DNA from: Nitrospirae bacterium MYbin3
Lineage (GTDB): Bacteria > Nitrospirota > Thermodesulfovibrionia > Thermodesulfovibrionales > Dissulfurispiraceae
DNA: 64,000 nt
Assembly: GCA_002753335.1 (NCBI GenBank)
Contig: PEAD01000003.1
Coordinates: forward strand, 62,001-126,000
Direction of reading: 5' to 3'
Position numbers and translations under genes: made by a program. Shown piece by piece: positions 10,520 to 19,319 of the stretch (its first letter is position 1; each line of letters opens with the position of its first letter). The notes below the pieces were generated by a model. It was not told the DNA's origin. It searched no databases and worked only from the letters and a program-made list of their open reading frames with translations.

Positions 10520-11716
10520 ATGTCCTTTTATTCCTACCGCGCCACCTCTATGGATGGTACTATCATGGAAGGCGTTATAGAGGCTGCAGATGAATCAGCG
10601 GCCTTTGAGCTGGTAAGGAGCAGGGGGCTTATCCCTTTAAAACTGGTTGCTCCCAAGGAAAGCTCAGGGAAAAAAATCTTTTCTTTTAAATCCACGAATT
10701 CTGACCTCTTAATGTTTACTACCGAGTTGTCCGCTCTTTTGAGCGCCGGACTCCCTATAGACCGAAGCCTCAACATACTTTCTGATATTTCTGAGAGCGC
10801 AGAGATGAGGAAGGTTATTCAAAATATTCTTAAAGCGATAAGGGAAGGCGGCTCCTTCTCTGATGCTCTTCAGCGCCACCCTGATATCTTTCCCAGAATT
10901 TATGTGAATATGGTCAGGGCAGGTGAGTCTGGGGGCGTAATCGATGCTGTTCTCGAGAAGCTCAACGAATTTTTAGAAACTAGCAAAGAGCTGAAGGACA
11001 GTGTTTTTTCGGCAATGATCTATCCGCTTATCCTTAGCTTCACCGGCGGCGTTTCGGTCATAATACTTTTAACGTATGTGCTGCCTAAATTTTCGGGTAT
11101 ATTTTCTGAGCTCGGCAGCACGCTTCCTGCATCCACGCAGCTTTTGCTATCTTTCAGCAGCGCTCTGCAATCATACTGGTGGATTTTTCTGACTCTGATT
11201 GCAGTCTTTTGGATAATAATCAAAAACTACAACAAGACGCCTGAGGGAAAACTGAAATTGGATTCAATCAAGCTGAAACTTTTAAGAGATGTAATAACAA
11301 AGCTGGAGACGGCGCGCTTCTGCAGGACGCTTGGCACTTTGATAAAGAGCGGCGTGCCGCTGCTTCAGGCGCTCAGAAACTCAAAGGATGTTATAAGCAA
11401 TCTGGCGATAGCCACGGCCATAGACAATGTATCAAAGGGGGCAAAAGAGGGAAAAGGTATTGCCGCCCCGCTTACAGAGGCTAATGTATTTCCTCAGCTG
11501 GCGCTCTCTATGATCAAGGTGGGCGAAGAGACAGGGCAGCTGGATGTAATGCTCATGAAGGTTGCTGTGACCTATGAGAAAAGTCTTCGTGTATCTGTCA
11601 GGAGGGTTGTAAGCCTGATAGAGCCTGCAATGATTTTGATAATGGGTTTGATTATAGGTTTTATTGTGCTGTCGATGCTGATGGCCATTTTCAGCATCAC
11701 CGATATGCCTTTTTAG
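10520..11716 (+). CDS. gspF: Type II secretion platform protein GspF
   Basis: Duplicated T2SSF domains (AGESGG, VGEETGQL) with three TM segments. Confidence 0.92.
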   Translation: MSFYSYRATSMDGTIMEGVIEAADESAAFELVRSRGLIPLKLVAPKESSGKKIFSFKSTNSDLLMFTTELSALLSAGLPIDRSLNILSDISESAEMRKVIQNILKAIREGGSFSDALQRHPDIFPRIYVNMVRAGESGGVIDAVLEKLNEFLETSKELKDSVFSAMIYPLILSFTGGVSVIILLTYVLPKFSGIFSELGSTLPASTQLLLSFSSALQSYWWIFLTLIAVFWIIIKNYNKTPEGKLKLDSIKLKLLRDVITKLETARFCRTLGTLIKSGVPLLQALRNSKDVISNLAIATAIDNVSKGAKEGKGIAAPLTEANVFPQLALSMIKVGEETGQLDVMLMKVAVTYEKSLRVSVRRVVSLIEPAMILIMGLIIGFIVLSMLMAIFSITDMPF

Positions 11717-11722
11717 CATTCA

Positions 11723-12166
11723 ATGAAGAAGACCGGCGGATTCACACTCCTGGAACTGATGATAGTTCTTGTCCTGATATCACTTATTCTTGGCCTGTCT
11801 GCAGCACTTTTTACAAAGACTCTTGGCAAAAGCTCGATGGATGCAACTGCGAGGGATATCATAGCGGCCGTGCGTGCTGCACGGGTCCTTGCACAGAATA
11901 ACGGTGTCAGCCAAAATATAGTCTTTGACCTCGAAACAAAGCGCTACTCGATCGAGGGGCGTTCAGAAAAGGTCTTGAGTTCAGGCATAGGTATTAAGAT
12001 CATTGATCCTCTTTATGGCGAAGTTATTAAAGGCAAATACAGTCTGACCTTTCATCCCGGCGGAGCTGTGGAAGGAGGCACGATAGTGCTTTCGGACACT
12101 AATAGGCGCATAAACATCCATATGGATCCGGTGATCGGTGCGGTCGAAATGAAGGCAGAATATTGA
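11723..12166 (+). CDS. gspH: Minor pseudopilin GspH-like
   Basis: Prepilin cleavage site GFTLLELMIV; operon position. Confidence 0.75.
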   Translation: MKKTGGFTLLELMIVLVLISLILGLSAALFTKTLGKSSMDATARDIIAAVRAARVLAQNNGVSQNIVFDLETKRYSIEGRSEKVLSSGIGIKIIDPLYGEVIKGKYSLTFHPGGAVEGGTIVLSDTNRRINIHMDPVIGAVEMKAEY

Positions 12167-12546
12167 AGGCCTCAAAAGGTTTTACTCTGCTTGAGGTGCT
12201 TGTAGCCCTTTCCATTCTGGGAATTGCGGTTTCTGTTGTGTTTCAGGTTTTCTCTGCCGGCTTGCGGGGCATCGCTGCATCCGAGGATTATGTGTTCGCT
12301 TCTGCAAAGGCTCTATCGAAGATGAGAGAGTTTACCGAAAGCGAAAAGTTTTCTGAAAAGTCATCAAGGGAGACCACCGATGACGGCTATACCGTTGATG
12401 TGAAGGTGTCGAAGGTGTTTAATGAAAGAACGGACAGGCTTCAGGTAGATATAGTAGAGATAGATCTAACGGTCAGCTGGACTAAAGGAATCAGGAATAA
12501 ATCAATAAATTTTAAAACACTCAAAACGGTCGGCAAGCAGATATGA
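12163..12546 (+). CDS. gspI: Minor pseudopilin GspI-like
   Basis: GFTLLEVLVAL; short length; operon position. Confidence 0.75.
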   Translation: MKASKGFTLLEVLVALSILGIAVSVVFQVFSAGLRGIAASEDYVFASAKALSKMREFTESEKFSEKSSRETTDDGYTVDVKVSKVFNERTDRLQVDIVEIDLTVSWTKGIRNKSINFKTLKTVGKQI

Positions 12547-13175
12547 TACGCTTCAAACGCAGTGCCGGTTTTACATTGTTGGAGTTGATGCTCTCGATGA
12601 CAGCCTTGAGCCTTGTGGTTGTCATAATCGCCGGCGCCATGAGGCTAGGATACAGGGCTGTTGAGTCGGGCGGGAAAAAGATAGAACTGCTCGAAAGGCT
12701 GAGAGCTTCGCTGAATATAATAGACGCACAGATTAGATCGCAGATACCGCTTACTGCCGGCGAGGAAGAATCTAAAAAATATTTATTCAAAGGCGACAGG
12801 GAATCGATGAGTTTTGCATCTAACTATTCGATATGGAGCGGACAGAGGGGATATGTTATGGTTGCCTATAAAGTGTCTTCTGAGTCCGATAAGTTTTCTT
12901 TGTACGCATCAGAGAATGTGATAAACCTTAAGGTTATGAATGAAACCAAGCTTTTGGAAGGGTTTGACGAGATAAGATTCGATTATTTCTATAAGGAGCC
13001 TGATGCTGAACAGGGCAGATGGACAGACCTCTGGAAGGAAGAAAATGGCCTGCCGGAGAAAGTGAGAATAACCATGATGTTTGACAAGAAAAGCTTTCCT
13101 CTTGTCGTACCGATAAAGGCGGTGGGCACATTGACGCCTCTTTTTGGGCAGATACCGGTTAATAAGCCGCGATGA
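12543..13175 (+). CDS. gspJ: Minor pseudopilin GspJ-like
   Basis: GFTLLELM; C-terminal W..W....LP.KV. Confidence 0.75.
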   Translation: MIRFKRSAGFTLLELMLSMTALSLVVVIIAGAMRLGYRAVESGGKKIELLERLRASLNIIDAQIRSQIPLTAGEEESKKYLFKGDRESMSFASNYSIWSGQRGYVMVAYKVSSESDKFSLYASENVINLKVMNETKLLEGFDEIRFDYFYKEPDAEQGRWTDLWKEENGLPEKVRITMMFDKKSFPLVVPIKAVGTLTPLFGQIPVNKPR

Positions 13176-14116
13176 AGATTCAGTTTAAAAAAAGTCGCGG
13201 CATAGCTCTAGTGCTGGTTCTTTGGGTGCTTGTGGTGCTTATTGTCACAGCCTTTTCATTTGCTTTTACGACGCGAACAGAGACTAATTCCACATTAGCC
13301 TTTAAAAATTCGATAGAAGAGAAGTTCTGTTCAGAGGCCGGAATCGAGAGGGGAGTAATGGAGCTCTTTTATAGAAGACAGAATTTGAATGTCGAGGGCC
13401 TCGAGACATGGAGGGCCAACGGTACTCTTTATAAAGGAACTCTTGGCGACTGCACGTATGAGGTGCGCATTACTGATGAGTCAGGCAAGGTGGACATAAA
13501 CACTATGCCTGATATAATATTAAAAAATTTATTACTGACGCTCGGGTTCGGTGCGGAAGAGGCGAACAGCATAACCGATTCTGTTATGGATTGGAAGGAC
13601 GCTGACGATCTGGTCAGGCTGAACGGCGCAGAGAGCAGTTATTATATGTCTCTTTCCAATCCCTACAAGGCAAAGAATGCTGATTTTGAGACGCTCGAGG
13701 AGTTGTCGCTGGTAAAGGGACTAACTGCTCAGGTCTTGAATGGGAGCGGTGAAAGAAAGGGGATAATGGGTTTTCTTACGGTTCATTCTCGGAGCTCTAT
13801 GGTCAATATTAATGCTGCGCCGAAAGAGGTTATAATGGCGATTCCGGGTATGAGCTTGTCTGTTGCAGATGCGCTTGTCAATTACCGTAGTGCAAAAGAG
13901 ATACAAAACATAAACGAGGTACAAACGCTTCTTGGCGAGGCCTATCCTATGGTTGCACTTTACGCTCAGGGTGGGGCCGGCGATATTTTTACCATAACAT
14001 CCACAGGCGTCAGAAAGGACGGCAAGACAGGCTACACAACCAGCGCAACCGTTGTGCTTAAGGACAACAAGCACAGGTTTGTGTATTACAAAAGCCCTGC
14101 TCAGGCAACACAATGA
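13172..14116 (+). CDS. gspK: Minor pseudopilin GspK
   Basis: GIALVLVLW lacking E5, DESGKVDIN, DWKDAD, NINAAP motifs. Confidence 0.9.
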   Translation: MKIQFKKSRGIALVLVLWVLVVLIVTAFSFAFTTRTETNSTLAFKNSIEEKFCSEAGIERGVMELFYRRQNLNVEGLETWRANGTLYKGTLGDCTYEVRITDESGKVDINTMPDIILKNLLLTLGFGAEEANSITDSVMDWKDADDLVRLNGAESSYYMSLSNPYKAKNADFETLEELSLVKGLTAQVLNGSGERKGIMGFLTVHSRSSMVNINAAPKEVIMAIPGMSLSVADALVNYRSAKEIQNINEVQTLLGEAYPMVALYAQGGAGDIFTITSTGVRKDGKTGYTTSATVVLKDNKHRFVYYKSPAQATQ

Positions 14117-15405
14117 ACAGTTCTATATCTTTAAAAGGTTTTTCTGACTCGGTCTCGGTTATGGCCGACAGGCTATCCGGGCTGCTGCGGCCGGTGGGGA
14201 AAGCTCTTATGGCAAATCATTTTGAGGATCTTCTTACAATGACGCGCAGTCTTTGCATCTCAATAGATGCTGAAGGCTTGACGGTGCTTTATGGCAAGAG
14301 GTCGTTTTCTAAGATGGTGTTGAGAGGCGTAAAGAGATACTCCTTTGATAAGGGAATCCCTGCTCCTGACAGTGTTGCCTCATACTCGTCCATTGCTTCA
14401 AATGAGCTGAACGCATCAGGGGCTGCTGTTGCTTTGGCAATCCCCAAGTCATGGGTCATGTTCAGGACCGCTGAGCTTCCTGCTGTTATTATGGAGAATA
14501 TATCAGAGGTTATTTCGCACGAAATTGACCGGTTGACGCCCTTTTCAAAGGATGAGGCCTTTTATGACTTCAGGGTTCTTGGTGTTTCTGAAGAAAAAGT
14601 AAATATACTTTTAGTTGCTGCAAAGAGAGATAAGGTGAAGCCGTATATTGATGCATTGGCCGAAAACGGTCTTGTTGTTTCTAAGCTTCTGTTTGATGAT
14701 CTGTCTGATGCTTTGAAGTCTGTCGGGCAGCCGCTTGCTGTGGATGCAGTTCTCGTGAAGTCCATGTCACAGAATCTTAACGAAGCGCTGGCTTTGAAGG
14801 CAGCAGGGGTTTTGATGCAGGCTTTAAATCCATCCGGGGGGATTGACCTGCTGACAAGCGGCTTCCGCATAAAGGAGAAAACCCCGCTTGCAGCTTCTGT
14901 TGCTTTAGCGTTGGCTGTTGCAGGCGCCTTGATATTTACGGCAGTTTATCCATACATAACCGAAGAGCGTAAGATAGAGGAGATAGATAAGCAGATAAAA
15001 ATAAAGAAGGAAGAGGCCAAGAAGGTAGAGAAGCTTAAGCAGGAAGCCGATGACCTGCAAAAAGAGATAACTACTGTCGAGGGTTTTAAGAAAACAAGAT
15101 ATATGACGGTGGATGTGTTAAAAGAGTTGACTTCTGTACTGCCTCATTCGGTCTGGCTTACGCGGACACGGATTACGGATTCGGGTGTGGAGCTTGAAGG
15201 CTACGCAGTAACCGCAACAGAGATGCTGCCTAAGCTCGAGGCGTCAAAATATTTTTTGAAGGCTGAGTTTGCGTCTCCTACGGTGAGGGACGCAAAGCTA
15301 AACTCCGACAGATTTTCACTGAAGATGGAGTTTGAAGGCCTTGAAAAGGCCGAGCCTGCAGATAATAAGACCGTAAAAGCCGCTAAAAAAGATGAAAAAA
15401 AATAA
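14113..15405 (+). CDS. gspL: GspL/PilM-PilN-like assembly platform protein
   Basis: Cytoplasmic actin-like region, TM segment, coiled coil, PilN-like periplasmic domain (LPHSVWLT...LEGYA). Confidence 0.7.
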   Translation: MNSSISLKGFSDSVSVMADRLSGLLRPVGKALMANHFEDLLTMTRSLCISIDAEGLTVLYGKRSFSKMVLRGVKRYSFDKGIPAPDSVASYSSIASNELNASGAAVALAIPKSWVMFRTAELPAVIMENISEVISHEIDRLTPFSKDEAFYDFRVLGVSEEKVNILLVAAKRDKVKPYIDALAENGLVVSKLLFDDLSDALKSVGQPLAVDAVLVKSMSQNLNEALALKAAGVLMQALNPSGGIDLLTSGFRIKEKTPLAASVALALAVAGALIFTAVYPYITEERKIEEIDKQIKIKKEEAKKVEKLKQEADDLQKEITTVEGFKKTRYMTVDVLKELTSVLPHSVWLTRTRITDSGVELEGYAVTATEMLPKLEASKYFLKAEFASPTVRDAKLNSDRFSLKMEFEGLEKAEPADNKTVKAAKKDEKK

Positions 15406-15943
15406 CACACTTATAATCACATTGCCTCTTTTGCTAATTGTAGCGGTTGGGGTGATTTATCAATACGGCTACCTCGGCATAAAATCGGGCATAGAATCTC
15501 TTTACGAAAGAGAAAATGCGAAGGTCAAGTCTCTCGAGAAATATGCAAATCTTATAGCAGAAAAACCTGAGATAGAAAAACGCATAGCAGTACTTAAGGA
15601 GATGAAAAAAGAGGTTGACACCAAGCTCATAGAAGGCAAGACCCCTTCGCTCGCTGCTGCAGCCTTGCAGGACAAGGTAAACGGTATAATAGTCGGAAGG
15701 GGCGGGCTCGTTACCAGCGGAAGGGTAAGCAAGCCCGAGGATTTAGGCGCTTTCAGAATGATAAGCGTCAGTATGGACGCTGCCATGCCTGACATGAGGG
15801 CATTAAACGATGTTCTTTACATGATAGAAACCCAGACACCTTATTTTATTTTAAAAGAGCTCGATATCAGGGTCAGGGACTATAGAAACCCCAAAGAGCT
15901 TATGGTAAGGTTTGACGTTGCCGCGCTTCTGAGAGGCAAATGA
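15392..15943 (+). CDS. gspM: GspM/PilO-like protein
   Basis: N-terminal TM segment, coiled coil, AAAALQ motif; follows gspL. Confidence 0.7.
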   Translation: MKKNNTLIITLPLLLIVAVGVIYQYGYLGIKSGIESLYERENAKVKSLEKYANLIAEKPEIEKRIAVLKEMKKEVDTKLIEGKTPSLAAAALQDKVNGIIVGRGGLVTSGRVSKPEDLGAFRMISVSMDAAMPDMRALNDVLYMIETQTPYFILKELDIRVRDYRNPKELMVRFDVAALLRGK

Positions 15944-15944
15944 T

Positions 15945-16553
15945 ATGAAGATGCTGCGATATCTGTTAAGAAACCTAAACACTCTCAACCTTATGTTGGT
16001 TGCTGTATTTCTGGTGATATTAAAATATCTTGCTATGCCGGCGCTTATACCGCAAGATAATTTTAAAACACCTGCACCCAAGAAAGCCGCTGTTCAGCTG
16101 CAGGCAGCAGCTTCTGACAATAAGACCTCTTCACCTCTTGACTATGCGCTGATAGCCGAGCAGAATCTTTTTCATCCCGAGCGCAAGATACCGATAGAGA
16201 GCAAAGATGACAACCAGGCGCCTAAGCCGGAGTTTGTTCTTTACGGCATATTGGCAACCGAAGATACAATGATAGTCTATCTCGAGGACAAAAAATCGTC
16301 ATCATCTTCTCCGGGGCGGGGGAAAAGGCAGCAGGCTTTGAAGCGTGGCGATACTTTAAGCGGTTTTAAGCTGGAATCTATAGAGGAAGACAGGATTGTA
16401 ATGACAAGGGGCGAAGAGAAGATTACGGTATTGATAGATGAAAAGCAGCGCCAGAGGCAGAAAGCTGTAACAGGTTCTGGAGGGACCGAACATAAATTGC
16501 CCCAGCAAACACAGCCGCAGCGTCAGCCGATCGTAGTTCAGCCAAAGAAATAA
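15945..16553 (+). CDS. GspC-like protein (TM segment + HR/PilP-like domain)
   Basis: TM anchor, NLFHPER, LYGI...LKRGDTLSGFKLESIEEDRIV. Confidence 0.6.
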   Translation: MKMLRYLLRNLNTLNLMLVAVFLVILKYLAMPALIPQDNFKTPAPKKAAVQLQAAASDNKTSSPLDYALIAEQNLFHPERKIPIESKDDNQAPKPEFVLYGILATEDTMIVYLEDKKSSSSSPGRGKRQQALKRGDTLSGFKLESIEEDRIVMTRGEEKITVLIDEKQRQRQKAVTGSGGTEHKLPQQTQPQRQPIVVQPKK

Positions 16554-16560
16554 GGATAGA

Positions 16561-18546
16561 TTATTTTCCGTTTGATTCTGTTGCAGACTCTTTTTCTACG
16601 GGAGCCAAGCTTTTCTGCAGATCTTTTTTGTTTATCTGTTTGGTTCTGTTTAGATATCCTGAAGAAACATCCTGCGCATCCTGCTGGCTTTTGATCACAT
16701 GGGTGGTTATCAGCATCAGCAGTTCTTTTCTCTGCTCGTATTTGTGTTTGTAACCGAACAGATAGCCCAATATAGGTATTTTGCTCAGGTATGGAATGCC
16801 GGCGCTGTCAGGTTTTTTGTCTTCCCGTATAAGGCCGCCTATTACAATAGTCTCACCGTCTTTCGTAACAAGATTTGTGTTGACTTCGCGCTTTGAAACA
16901 GCTACCTGAGCACCGCCCATAATAGTTATCAATGAATAATCCGAAACCTCAAGGGCAATGTCTAGAGTTACAAGTCCGCTTTCGTTAATCTGCGGCTTTA
17001 CCTTTGATATTATGCCTACATCCTTATATTGAATGGAGCTTGTCTGGGTGGGCGATACTCCTGTTCCGGTGGTAGCGGTGGTCAGAGATGTGAGGATAGG
17101 CACCTGATCTCCTATCTGTATCCTTGATTCGCGGTTGTCCAGCGCAAGGATATGCGGAGATGCGAGTATATTCACTCTGTTTTCGGTTGCGAGAGTATGT
17201 ATCAGATTTCTCACAACACCGGCAGCATCCTTTGCTATAAAGGCAAATTCACTTAATCCTGTAGTGCTTGTTACGGTGCCAAGATTCCCTTGGTTAAATC
17301 CGGTTTCGGTATTGACCTTAAGCTTGCTGAAGGCATCCATCCGGATATTTCCTCGAAGCGACCATTCTATACCGAACTTAAGGTCATCCGTTAGGGTAAC
17401 CTCAGCAATAAGCGCCTCGATCATCACCTGACGCGGGAGTATGTCTATTTTCTTTATCGTCTCTTCGATTGTTTTGTAATCTTCGGGAGTGGCAAGCACT
17501 ATCAGTGCATTCGTAACATCATCAGCGAATATTTTGGTTATGTCGGATACTATTGTTTCCCCGCCCTTTGGTATTCCCGTAACCTGCGGCTGCTGCGGCA
17601 CAGTAGCAACCGGCTGCTTTGTTGTCGTTGTTGATGTGGTTGTAGCTGTCTGGGGAGTGGATGATTTTGCGCCCAAAAATATCTGCTGCAGAATATTTGC
17701 GACATCCTTTGCCTTGCTGTTTTGCACAGGGTAAACGAAGACTTGCGGGTTGGTCTTTTTTGCCGACTCATTATCGAAGATGTCAACGAGATGCAAGAGG
17801 CGTTTTATGTTCGCATCCGTGTCAGCTATTATCACATGGTTGCTTTTGGTCACATCAATTATTAAGGCATTGGCAGAAAGAAAAGGGGTAAGAATTTTTA
17901 CAAGCTCTATCGATTGGATATACTTGACAGGGATGACCTGAATCAGGGCCTTGCCGATGATTTTCACCTTTTCGTATTCTCTGCCCAGTCCCAGGGGGCT
18001 TGGTTCGCGGGCTATATCAGCAATAGGGATTATCCTGTAGAGTCCTCCATCTTCAACAATGCCTATTCCGTTCAGTCTGAGTATTATCTGCATCAGCGGC
18101 AGGACATCCTCTTTAGATATTGGCGCTACAGACCTGAAGTTGACCTTGCCGCTCACCTTTGAGTCTATAAGATAATTGACCTTTAGTATGTCTCCGAAAA
18201 TTGTTTGAATTACAGAGAAAATATCTGCATCATCAAAATGAAAGCTCACCTGTCCTTTTTTCAGTGTGGATTGCTTTGTTTCTGCCTGCGGCGCTGCCGG
18301 CATCTGCGGCTGCTGCAAAGGCTCAACAGTAAGAGGCTCCTGTATTGTTGGCTGCAACTGTACAGGCTGAAGCTGAACAGGCTGAGTTTGCACCGGCTGC
18401 AGCTGGATTGGTTGAACAGGGTTCTTTATTATATTTGATGCAGGCGACTGTGGCGCTGCAGAAGGCTCCTGTGCTGCAAAGAGTGCCTCTGAATTTAAAT
18501 TTACGAGAAGGCCAAGCAGAAGGCCTAATGTTAAAATTCTGTACAA
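16561..18546 (-). CDS. gspD: Type II secretion secretin GspD
   Basis: N0/N1/N3-type domains, PRQVMIEALIAEV, GETIVIGGLI, GIPYLSKIPILGYLFG; TTG start with AAGGAG RBS; PVQLQ-type repeats in N-terminal linker. Confidence 0.92.
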   Translation of the reverse strand: MYRILTLGLLLGLLVNLNSEALFAAQEPSAAPQSPASNIIKNPVQPIQLQPVQTQPVQLQPVQLQPTIQEPLTVEPLQQPQMPAAPQAETKQSTLKKGQVSFHFDDADIFSVIQTIFGDILKVNYLIDSKVSGKVNFRSVAPISKEDVLPLMQIILRLNGIGIVEDGGLYRIIPIADIAREPSPLGLGREYEKVKIIGKALIQVIPVKYIQSIELVKILTPFLSANALIIDVTKSNHVIIADTDANIKRLLHLVDIFDNESAKKTNPQVFVYPVQNSKAKDVANILQQIFLGAKSSTPQTATTTSTTTTKQPVATVPQQPQVTGIPKGGETIVSDITKIFADDVTNALIVLATPEDYKTIEETIKKIDILPRQVMIEALIAEVTLTDDLKFGIEWSLRGNIRMDAFSKLKVNTETGFNQGNLGTVTSTTGLSEFAFIAKDAAGVVRNLIHTLATENRVNILASPHILALDNRESRIQIGDQVPILTSLTTATTGTGVSPTQTSSIQYKDVGIISKVKPQINESGLVTLDIALEVSDYSLITIMGGAQVAVSKREVNTNLVTKDGETIVIGGLIREDKKPDSAGIPYLSKIPILGYLFGYKHKYEQRKELLMLITTHVIKSQQDAQDVSSGYLNRTKQINKKDLQKSLAPVEKESATESNGK

Positions 18547-18680
18547 AGGAGAGCTCCTTGCATTATCATAAATATCTGTTCAGGATAATTTAGATGGAAT
18601 ATTTTGTCAAGTCTTGTTTTGTTTGATTGCGTTATGGTATATCTGCCTTCAATACTAAAGATACAGCGAGGTGTTAAGCA

Positions 18681-19109
18681 ATGAAATTTAAAAGTCTAAT
18701 ATTTAATAGAAGGGGTTTCTCTCTTGTAGAGCTTCTTGTGGTTATGGTCATCATAGGATTGCTGGCATCTTTAGTTGCGCCTAAATTATTTCCCAAACTG
18801 GGCAAAGGCAAGCAGGCTGCTGCAAAGGCCCAGATAGAGTTGTATGGTGAGGCATTGGATCACTTTAGGCTTGATACCGGACGCTATCCCACCACACAGG
18901 AAGGATTGAATGCACTGATAACTAATCCCGGCGGTGTTGCCAAGTGGGAAGGCCCGTATCTGAAAAAAGGTATTGCGGCAGACCCATGGGGTGCGCCGTA
19001 CATATATCAGGCACCCGGTACGCATGGAGACTATGATTTATCATCTTACGGAAGGGATGCAAAGCCGGGCGGCGAAGGTGAAGATGCAGATATTTTTAGT
19101 TGGCAATAG
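18681..19109 (+). CDS. gspG: Major pseudopilin GspG
   Basis: GFSLVELLVV, YPTTQEGLNAL, WEGPYL, DPWG, GGEGEDADI. Confidence 0.95.
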   Translation: MKFKSLIFNRRGFSLVELLVVMVIIGLLASLVAPKLFPKLGKGKQAAAKAQIELYGEALDHFRLDTGRYPTTQEGLNALITNPGGVAKWEGPYLKKGIAADPWGAPYIYQAPGTHGDYDLSSYGRDAKPGGEGEDADIFSWQ

Positions 19110-19266
19110 CCCATATTTTTTGCGTATATTTACACAACATTGAGGGTTTTCACTCATTTTTTGCCATAAAATCAGAATGCATTTAATTTCGTGTAAAGCA
19201 AATTTAACAGTTATTTCTCAAAAGAGTTCTATTTTAAACTTGGGTTTTAGAGGCAAGCAGCTAATC

Positions 19267-19282
19267 TGGTACAATAATTGCA
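19267..19282 (+). promoter_or_regulatory. Sigma54 (-24/-12) promoter
   Basis: TGGTAC-AATAA-TTGCA matches TGGCAC-N5-TTGCW with exact spacing, upstream of RBS GGGAGGG and ATG 19320. Confidence 0.75.
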
Positions 19283-19319
19283 AATACTTACACAGCAATT
19301 CCTATATCGGGAGGGAAAA

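Noticed and set aside
15287..15298. GGGACGCAAAGC, resembling the c-di-GMP-I (GEMM) riboswitch core
   Set aside because: It lies inside the gspL coding sequence with no flanking P1/P2 structure, and no GEMM motif is evident upstream of the cytochrome operon.
18345..18425. 15-bp quasi-tandem repeat
   Set aside because: It encodes the PVQLQ low-complexity linker of GspD; not a CRISPR or regulatory repeat.
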